Positions 53,933 through 64,000 of a stretch of DNA of 64,000 nucleotides are shown one piece after another (position 1 is the first letter of the stretch; each line of letters opens with the position of its first letter). A program made the translations under genes and the position numbers. The notes beneath the pieces are model-generated. The model was not told where the DNA came from. It was given only the letters and a program-made list of their open reading frames with translations, and ran no database searches. Source of the stretch: Eledone cirrhosa. Lineage: Eukaryota. The DNA is taken from contig OZ024741.1 of NCBI GenBank assembly GCA_964016885.1, forward strand, positions 222,642,001-222,706,000. The letters run 5' to 3'.

Positions 53933-56441
53933 TTGGTGTTTGCGTTGTGGTTCTTGGTGTTGTGGTTGTTGTTAGTGTTTTGTTGGTGTTGTGCTTGTTG
54001 GTAGCTTTTTGTTGGTGTTGTTCTTGTGGTTGTTGGTAGTGTTTTGTTAGTGTTAATGTTGTGGTTGTTATTGTCGGTGTTGGTGTTGTGTTTGTTGGAA
54101 GTGTTTTGTTGGTGTTGACGAAAGTTGTTGGTAGTGTTTTGTTGATGTTGGTGTTGTGGTTGTTGATGTTGGTTTTGCTGTTGTTTGTAGTGTTTTGTTG
54201 ATGTTAGTGTTGGTGTTGTGGTTCTTGGAAGTGTTTTGTTGATGTTGGTGATGTGGTTGTTAATAGTGTTTTGTTGGTATTGGTGTTGTGGTGGTTGGTA
54301 TTGGTGTTTGTGTTGTGGTTGTTGGTAGTGATTTGTTGGTGTTGTGGTTTTTGGTAGTGTTTTGTTGGTATTAGTGTTGTGGTTGTTGGTAGTGTTTTGT
54401 TGGTATTATGTTGTGGTTGTGGGTAGTGTTTTGTTGGTGTTGGTGTTGTTGTTGTTGCTGTTTGTGTTGAGGTTGTTGGTAGTGTTTTGTTGGTGTTAGT
54501 GTTGTGGTTGCTGGTAGTGTTTTGTTGGTGTTAGTGTTATGGTTGCTGGTAGTGTTTTGTTGGTGTTGGTGTTGTTGGTAGTGTCCTGTTGGTGTTGGTC
54601 CTGTGGTTGTTTATAGTGTTATGTTGGTATTGGTGTTGTGGCTGTTCGTATTCTTTTGTTGTTGGTGATGTTGGGCTTGTTGGTAGTGTTTTGTTGGTGT
54701 TGGTGTTGTTGGTAGTAATCTGTTGGCGTTGTTGTTTTTGTTGATGGTAGATTTCTGTTGGTGTTGGTGTTGTGGTTGTTGGTAGTGTTCTATTGGTGTT
54801 GGTGTTGTGGTTGTTTGTAGTGTTTTGTTGTTGGTGTTTTGGGTAGTGTTGGTGTTGTGGTTGTTGGTAGTGTTTTGTTGGTGTTGGTGTTGTTGTTGTC
54901 GTTATGGGTAGTGTTGTGTTGGTGTTGATGTTGTGTTGTTGTTGTTGGTGTTGGTGTTGTTGGTAGTATTCTGTTGGTGTTGGTGTTGTTGGTGTTGGTA
55001 GTGTTCCGTTGGTGTTGGTATCGTGGTTTTTGGTAGTGTTTTATTGATGTTGGTGTTGTTGGTAATGATCTGTTGGTGTTGGTTGTGGTTGTTGGTAGTG
55101 TTTTGTGTGTTGGTGTTGTCTTTGTTGGTAATGTTCTCTTTGGAGTTGATGTTGTGGTTGTTGGTAGTGTTTTGTTGGTTTTGGTGTTGTGGATGTTGGT
55201 AGTATTTCCTTGGTGTTAGTGTTGTTGGTAGTATTCTGTTGGTGTTCTGGTTGTTGGTTGTGTTTTGATGGTGTTCTTGTTGTGGTTGTTGTTATCGGTG
55301 TTGGTGTTGTGGTTGTTGGTAGTGTTTTGTTGGTGTTGACGTGGTTGTTGGTAGTGTTTTGTGAGTTTTGATGTTGTGGTTGTTGATGTTGGTTTTGGTG
55401 TTGTTGGTAGTATTTTGTTGGTGTTGGTGTTGGTGTTGCGGTTGTTAGTAGTGTTTTGTTGGTATTATGTTGTGGTTGTTGGTATTGGTTTGTTTGTGTT
55501 GGTGTTGTATTTGTTGGTAGTGTTACATTGGTGTTTGCTTTGTGGTTCTTGGTGTTGTTGATAGTGTTCGGTTGGTGTTGGTGTTGTGGTTGTTGGTTGT
55601 GTTTTGATGGTGTTAATATTGTGGTTGTTGGTAGTGTTTTGTTGTTGTTGGTGTTGTTGTTGTCGTTATGGGTAGTGTTGTGTTGGTGTTGATGTTGTGT
55701 TGTTGTTGTTGGTGTTGGTGTTGTTGGTAGTATTCTGTTGGTGTTGGTGTTGTTGGTGTTGGTAGTGTTCCGTTGGTGTTGGTATCATGGTTTTTGGTAG
55801 TGTTTTATTGATGTTGGTGTTGTTGGTAATGATCTGTTGGTGTTGGTTGTGGTTGTTGGTAGTGTTTTGTGTGTTGGTGTTGTCTTTGTTGGTAATGTTC
55901 TCTTTGGAGTTGATGTTGTGGTTGTTGGTAGTGTTTTGTTGGTTTTGGTGTTGTGGATGTTGGTAGTATTTCCTTGGTGTTAGTGTTGTTGGTAGTATTC
56001 TGTTGGTGTTCTGGTTGTTGGTTGTGTTTTGATGGTGTTCTTGTTGTGGTTGTTGTTATCGGTGTTGGTGTTGTGGTTGTTGGTAGTGTTTTGTTGGTGT
56101 TGACGTGGTTGTTGGTAGTGTTTTGTGAGTTTTGATGTTGTGGTTGTTGATGTTGGTTTTGGTGTTGTTGGTAGTATTTTGTTGGTGTTGGTGTTGGTGT
56201 TGCGGTTGTTAGTAGTGTTTTGTTGGTATTATGTTGTGGTTGTTGGTATTGGTTTGTTTGTGTTGGTGTTGTATTTGTTGGTAGTGTTACATTGGTGTTT
56301 GCTTTGTGGTTCTTGGTGTTGTTGATAGTGTTCGGTTGGTGTTGGTGTTGTGGTTGTTGGTAGTGTTTTGTTAGTGTTAATGTTGTGGTTGTTGTTGTCG
56401 GTGTTGGTGTTGTGTTTGTTGGAAGTGTTTTGTTGGTGTTT

Positions 56442-59400
56442 ACGAACAACCACAACATCAACTCCAAAGAGAACATTACCAACAAACACAACACCAACAC
56501 ACAAAACACTACCAACAACCATAACCAACACCAACAGATCATTACCAACAACACCAACATCAATAAAACACAACCAAAAACCACGACACCAACACCAACA
56601 GAATACTACCAACAACACCAACACCAACAAAACACTACCAACAAGCCGTACACCAACAACAACAACCACAACATCAACACCAACACAACACTACCCACAA
56701 CGACAACACCAACACCAATAACGACAAAAACTACCAACAACCACAATATTAACACCTACAAAACACTACCAACAACCACTTAAACACCAACAAAACACTA
56801 CCAACAACCACTTAAACACCAACAAACACTACCAACAACCACTTAAACACCAACAAAACACTACCAATAACCACAAATCAAACAACAACAACAACCACAA
56901 CATCAACACCAATAGAACACTACCAACAACCACAATATCAACACCAACAAAGCACTACCAACAACCACAACATCAACACCAACAAAACAATACCAACCAC
57001 CATACCACCAACACCAACAGATCATTACCAACAACACCAACATCAATAAAACACTACCAAAAACCACGACACCAACACCAACTAAACGCTACCAACACCA
57101 ACAACACCAACACCAACAGAATACTACCAACAACACCCACACCAACAAATCCCTACCAACCAGCCCAACACCATCAAAACACTACCAACTACCACAACAT
57201 CTTCACCCACAAAACACTACCAACAACCACAACACCAACACCGACAACAACAACCACAAAATTAACACTAACAAAACACTACCAACAACCACAACATCAT
57301 CACCACCAAAAAACTACCAACAACCACACCAACAACAAAACACTAACAAAAAACCACAACACCAAAAACCAGAAAGCAAACACCAATAAAATACTCCCAA
57401 TAAAGACAACACCAACACCAACAAACCAATACCAACAACCACAACATAATACCAACAAAACACTACCAACAACTACACCAACACCAACAAAATACTACCA
57501 ACAACACTAAAACCAACATCAACAACCACAACATCAACACCCACAAAACACTACCAACAACCCCGTCAATACCATCAAAACACTACCAACAACCACAACA
57601 CCAACACCGACAACAACAATCACAACAAGAACACCATCAAAACACGACCAACAACCATAACACCAACACCAACAGAATACTACCAACCACACTAACACCA
57701 AGGAAAAACTACCAACATTCACAACACGAACACCAACAAAACACTACCAACAACCACAACATCAACTCCAAAGTGAACATTACCAACAAACACAACACCA
57801 ACACACAAAACACTACCAACAACCATAACCAACACCAACAGATCATTACCTACAACACCAACATCAATAAAACACTACCAAAACCTCGACACCAACACCA
57901 ACAAAATACTACCAACATCAAAAACACCAACACCAACAGAATACTACCAACAACACCAACACCAACACAAACAAAACACTACCAACAAGCCCAACACCAA
58001 CAACAACCACAACATCAACACCAACACAACACTACTCACAACTGCAACACCAACACCAACAACAACAAAACACTACCAACAAACACAAATCAAACAACAA
58101 CAACAACCACAACATCAACTCCAACAGAACACTACCAACAACCACAATATCAACACCAACAAAGCACTACCAACAACCACAACATCAACACCAACAAAAC
58201 AATACCAACCACCACACCACCAACACCAACACCAACAAAACACTACCAACAACCGCAACACCAACAGATCATAACCAACAACACCAACATCAATAAAACA
58301 CTACCAAAAACCACGACACCAACACCAACAAAACGCTACCAGCAACAACAACACCAACACCAACAGAACACTACCAACAACGACAACACCAACACCAACA
58401 GAACACTACCAACAACAAAATCACCCACACCAATAAAACACTACCAACAACACCAATAACAACAAAACACTACCAACAACCACAATATCAACACCTACAA
58501 AACACTTCCAACAACCACAAAACAAACACCAACAACAACCACAACATCAACACCAACAAAACACTACCAACAACAACACCAACAGAACACTACCAACAAG
58601 ACGAACACCAACAAAACACTACCAACAACCACAACACCAACAACAACACAACACTACAAACAACGACAAAACCAATACCAACACCAACAAAACACTACCA
58701 ACAACCACAACACAAACACAAACACCAACAGAATACTACCAACAACACCAACACCAACAAAACACTACCAACTACCACAACATCAACACCCACAAAACAC
58801 TATCAACAACCACGTCAACACCAACAAAACACTACCAACAACCACAACACCAACACCGACAACAACAACCACAACATTAACACTAACAAAACACTACGAA
58901 CAATCAAAAGATCATCACCAATAAAAAAACTACCAACAACCACACCACCAACAAAACACTAACAACAACCACAACATCAAAAACCAGAAAGCAAACACCA
59001 ATAAAACACTACCAATAAAGACAACACCAACAACAACAAACCAATACCAACAACCACAACATAATACCAACAAAACACTACCAACAACTACAACACCAAC
59101 ACCAACACCAACAAAATACTACCAACAACACTAAAACCAACAGCAACAACCACAACATCAACACCCACAAAACACTACCAACAACCCTGTCAACACCATC
59201 AAAACATTACCAACAACCACAACACCAACACCGACAACAACAACCACAACAAGAACACCATCAAAACAACCAACAACCAGAACACCAACACCAACAGAAT
59301 ACTACCAACCACACTAACACCAAGGAAAAACTACCAACATTCACAACACCAACACCAACAAAACACTACCAACAACCACAACATCAACTCCAAAGTGAAC

Positions 59401-61293
59401 ATTACCAACAAACACAACACCAATAAAGACAACACCAACACCAACAAACCAATACCAACAACCATAACATAATACCAACAACTACAACACCAACACCAAC
59501 AAAATACTACCAAAAACACTAAAACCAACATCAACAACCACAACATCAACACCCACAAAACACTACCAACAACCCCGTCAACACCATCAAAACACTACTA
59601 ACAATCACAACACAAACACCGACAACAACAACCACAACATCAATACCATCAAAACACAACCAACAACCATAACACCAACACCAACAGAATACTACCAACA
59701 CCACTAACACCAAGAAAACACTACCAACATCAACAACACCAACACCGACAAAACACTACCAACAACCACAATATCAACACCAACAAAACACTACACACAA
59801 CCACAAAAGGAACACCAACAATAACAACAACAACATCAACACCAACAAATCACTACCAACAACCACAAGATCAACTCCAACAACCACAACATCAACACCA
59901 ACAGAACACTACCAACAACCACAATATCAACACCAACAAAACAATACCAACCACCACAACACCAACACCAACAACAACCACAACACCAACAAAACACTAC
60001 CAACAACAACACCAACAACACCAACAAAACAATACCAACAACCACAACATCAACATCCACAAAACATTACCAACAACCACGTCAACACCGACAAAACACT
60101 AGCAACAACCACAACACCAACACCGACAACAACAACCACAACATCAACACTAACAAAACACTACCAACAACCACAAGATCAACACCAACAAAAAACTACC
60201 AACAACCACAACATCAACATCCACAAAACATTACCAACAACTACGTCAACACCAACAAAACACTAGCAACAACCACAACATAAACACCGACAACAACAAC
60301 CACAACATCAACACTAACAAAACACTACCTACAACACCAATATCAATAAAACACTACCAGCAACCACGACACCAACACAAACAGAACACTACCAACAACA
60401 CCAAAACCAACACCAATAGAACACTACCAACAACCACAACACCAACACCAACAGAACACTACCATCAACAATAACAACAACACCAACGCCAAAAGATTAC
60501 TACCAACAATACCAACACCAACAAAACACTAACAACAAGCCCAACACCAACAATAACAACCACAACATCAACACCAACAAATCACTACCCACAACGACAA
60601 CTCCAACACCAACAGATCACTACCAACAAAAAAACACCCACACCAATAAAACACTACCAACAACATCAACAACAACAAAACAATAGCAACAACCACAACA
60701 TCAACACCTACAAAACACTACCATCAACCACTTCACCACCAACAAAACACTAACAACAACCACAAAACAAACACTACCAACAACAACAACACCAACACCA
60801 ACAAATCACTACCAACAACCACAAGATCAACTCCAACAACCACAATATCAACACCAACAGAACACTACCAACAAGCACAATATTAACACCAACAAAACTC
60901 TACCAACAACACCAACTGCAAGAAAACACTATCAAGAACCACAACACCAACATCAACAGAACACTACCAACACCCACATCAACAACAACAAAACACTATC
61001 AACAACCACAACGCCAACAACAACAAAACACTACCAACAACCACATCAACACCAACAAAACACTACCAACAACCACAACATCAACACCAACAGATCATTA
61101 CCTACAACACCAATATCAATAAAACACTACCAGAAACCACGACACCAACACCAACAGAACACTACCAACAACACCAAAACCAACACCAATAGAACACTAC
61201 CAACAACCACAACACCAACACCAACAGAACACTACCATCAACAACAACAACACCAACGCCAAAAGATTACTACCAACAATACCAACACCAACA
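56442..61293 (-). repeat. Inverted (C/A-rich) block of the G/T satellite, copy 2
   Basis: Same junction sequences as copy 1, at +7361. Confidence 0.97.
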
Positions 61294-64000
61294 TTGGTGT
61301 TTGCGTTGTGGTTCTTGGTGTTGTGGTTGTTGTTAGTGTTTTGTTGGTGTTGTGCTTGTTGGTAGCTTTTTGTTGGTGTTGTTCTTGTGGTTGTTGGTAG
61401 TGTTTTGTTAGTGTTAATGTTGTGGTTGTTATTGTCGGTGTTGGTGTTGTGTTTGTTGGAAGTGTTTTGTTGGTGTTGACGAAAGTTGTTGGTAGTGTTT
61501 TGTTGATGTTGGTGTTGTGGTTGTTGATGTTGGTTTTGCTGTTGTTTGTAGTGTTTTGTTGATGTTAGTGTTGGTGTTGTGGTTCTTGGAAGTGTTTTGT
61601 TGATGTTGGTGATGTGGTTGTTAATAGTGTTTTGTTGGTATTGGTGTTGTGGTGGTTGGTATTGGTGTTTGTGTTGTGGTTGTTGGTAGTGATTTGTTGG
61701 TGTTGTGGTTTTTGGTAGTGTTTTGTTGGTATTAGTGTTGTGGTTGTTGGTAGTGTTTTGTTGGTATTATGTTGTGGTTGTGGGTAGTGTTTTGTTGGTG
61801 TTGGTGTTGTTGTTGTTGCTGTTTGTGTTGAGGTTGTTGGTAGTGTTTTGTTGGTGTTAGTGTTGTGGTTGCTGGTAGTGTTTTGTTGGTGTTAGTGTTA
61901 TGGTTGCTGGTAGTGTTTTGTTGGTGTTGGTGTTGTTGGTAGTGTCCTGTTGGTGTTGGTCCTGTGGTTGTTTATAGTGTTATGTTGGTATTGGTGTTGT
62001 GGCTGTTCGTATTCTTTTGTTGTTGGTGATGTTGGGCTTGTTGGTAGTGTTTTGTTGGTGTTGGTGTTGTTGGTAGTAATCTGTTGGCGTTGTTGTTTTT
62101 GTTGATGGTAGATTTCTGTTGGTGTTGGTGTTGTGGTTGTTGGTAGTGTTCTATTGGTGTTGGTGTTGTGGTTGTTTGTAGTGTTTTGTTGTTGGTGTTT
62201 TGGGTAGTGTTGGTGTTGTGGTTGTTGGTAGTGTTTTGTTGGTGTTCGTGTTGTTGTTGTTGTCGGTGTTGGTGGTGTTTGTTTTGTGGTTGTTGTTAGT
62301 GTTTTGTTGGTGATGAAGTGGCTGTTGGTAGTGTTTTGTAGGTGTTGATGTTGTGGTTGTTGGTAGTGTTTTGTTGTTGCTGATGTTGTTGGTAGTGTTT
62401 TATTGGTGTGTGTGTTTTTTGTTGGTGTTTTTGTTGGTGTCGTGGTTGCTGGTAATGTTTTATTGATATTGGTGTTGTTGGTAATGATCTGTTGGTGTTG
62501 GTGTTGGTGTTGGTGTTGGTGTTGTTGGTCCTGTTTTGATGGTGTTGATGTTGTGGTTGTTGGTAATGTTTTGTTAGTGTTGAAGTTGTGGTTGTTGTTA
62601 TCGGTGTTCGTGTTGTGGTTGTTTGTAGTGTTTTGTTGGTGCTGACGTGGTTGTTGGTAGTGTTTTATTGGTGTTGGTGTCGTGTTTGTTGATGTTGGTG
62701 TTGGTGTTGTTGGTAGTATTTTATTGGTGTTGGTGTTGTGGTTGTTGGTAGTGTTTTGTTGGTGTTCGTGTTGTAGGTAATGTTCTGTTGGTGTTGGTGT
62801 TGTTGTTGGTAGTGTTTTGTTGGTGTTGTGGTTGTTGTTGGTGTTGGTGATGTGGTAGTTTGTATTGTTTTGTTGGTGTTGATGTTGTGGTTGCTGGTAG
62901 TGCTTTGTTAGTGTTGATATTGTGGTTGTTGGAGTTGATCTTGTGGTTGTTGGTAGTGATTTGTTGGTGTTGATGTTGTGGTTGTTGTTGTTGGTGTTGG
63001 TAGTGTTCTATTGGTGTTGGTGTCGTGGTTGTCGGTAGTGCTTTATTGGTGTTGTTGTTGGTAACGTTCTGTTGGTGGTGTGGTTGTTGATAGTGTTTTG
63101 TGTGTTGGTGTTGCGTTTGTTGGTAATGTTTTCTTTGGAGTTGATGTTGTGGATGCTGGTATTGTTTTCTTGGTGTTAGTGTTGTTGGTAGTATTCTGTT
63201 GGTGTTGGTGTTCTGGTTGTTGGTTGTGTTTTGATGGTGTTGATGTTGTGGTTGTTGTTGTGCGTGTTGGTGTTGTGGTTGTTGGTAGTGTTTTGTTGGT
63301 GTTGATATTGTGGTTGTTGGTAGTGTTCTGTTGGTGTTGATGTTGTGGTTGTTGGAGTTGATCTTGTGGTTGTTGGTAGTGATTTGTTGGTGTTGGTGTT
63401 GTTGGTAATATTCTGTTGGTGTTGGTAGTGTTCTGTTGGTGTTTGTGTCGTGGTTGTTGGTAGTGTTTTATTGATGTTGGTGATGTTGGTAATGATCTGT
63501 TGGTGTTGTGGTTGTTGGTAGTGTTTTGTGTGTTGGTGTTATGTTTGTTGGTAATGTTTTCTTTGGAGTTGATGTTGTGGATGTTGGTAGTGTTTTGTTG
63601 GTGTTAGTGTTGTTGGTAGTATTCTGTTGGTGTTGGTGTTCTGGTTGTTGGTTGTGTTTTGATGTTGTTGATGTTGTTGTTGTTGATGTTGTCGGTGTTG
63701 GTGTTGTGGTTTTTGGTAGTGTTTTGTTTGTGTTGACGTGGTTGTTGGTAGTGTTTTGTGGGTGTTGGTGTTGGTTTTAAGGTTGTTGGTAGTATTTTGT
63801 TGGTATTGGTGTTGGTGTTGGTTTTCTGGTTGTTGGTAGTGTTTTGTTGGTATTATGTTGTGGTTGTTGGTTGTTGGTATTGGTTTGCTTGTGTTGGTGT
63901 TGTGTTTGTTGTTAGTGTTTGCGTTGTGGTTCTTGGTGTTGTGGTTGTTGTTAGTGTTTTGTTGGTGTTGTGTTTGTGGTTGTTGTTTTCGGTGTTGGTG

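Larger units (their letters stand above)
47521..62246. repeat. Near-perfect 7,361-bp tandem duplication (47521-54881 and 54882-62242)
   Basis: Every ORF from 47828 to 52699 recurs identically at +7361 (for example 48444/55805, 50412/57773, 52475/59836), and both inversion junctions recur. Confidence 0.96.
42064..64000. repeat. Complex G/T-rich satellite, core ~35 bp (GGTAGTGTTTTGTTGGTGTTGATGTTGTGGTTGTT) with variable GTT/GGTGTT spacers, running off the right edge
   Basis: The anchor GGTAGTGTT(T/C)TGTTGGTGTT recurs throughout, and appears as AACACCAACA(A/G)AACACTACC in the inverted blocks. Confidence 0.97.

Noticed and set aside
42064-64000. CRISPR-like array, telomere, or Thr/Gln/Asn-rich genes
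   Set aside because: Spacers are low-complexity and repeated, there are no cas genes and no TTAGGG tracts, and the ORFs are frame-cycling repeat artefacts.

Overview
Eukaryotic, repeat-dominated DNA, probably from an octopod cephalopod. That assignment rests on my recollection of the SINE families and on the microsatellite load, not on a search. The window has three blocks. (1) 1-33.2 kb is a 12-bp satellite, (GGTGGTATTATT)n, with higher-order duplications and one SINE insertion. (2) 33.2-42.1 kb is a ~9-kb island of nested mobile elements: tRNA-derived SINEs, two copies of a MITE with 6-bp target-site duplications, the 3' end of a CRE-like non-LTR retrotransposon, a fold-back element, microsatellites and one candidate minus-strand exon. 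(3) 42.1-64 kb is a complex G/T-rich satellite with a ~35-bp core. It contains a 4.85-kb inverted block flanked by direct repeats, and that arrangement has itself been duplicated as a near-perfect 7,361-bp tandem repeat. Almost all ORFs in the supplied track are by-products of stop-poor repeats, and no conserved cellular gene is recognisable. The most interesting hypothesis is unproven: on the minus strand the 12-bp satellite reads (Asn-Asn-Thr-Thr)n, a near-maximal density of N-glycosylation sequons. It is entered in frame from a unique Thr- and sequon-rich lead-in, and several of its common variants are synonymous in that frame. The satellite may therefore be, or descend from, a mucin-like coding exon.
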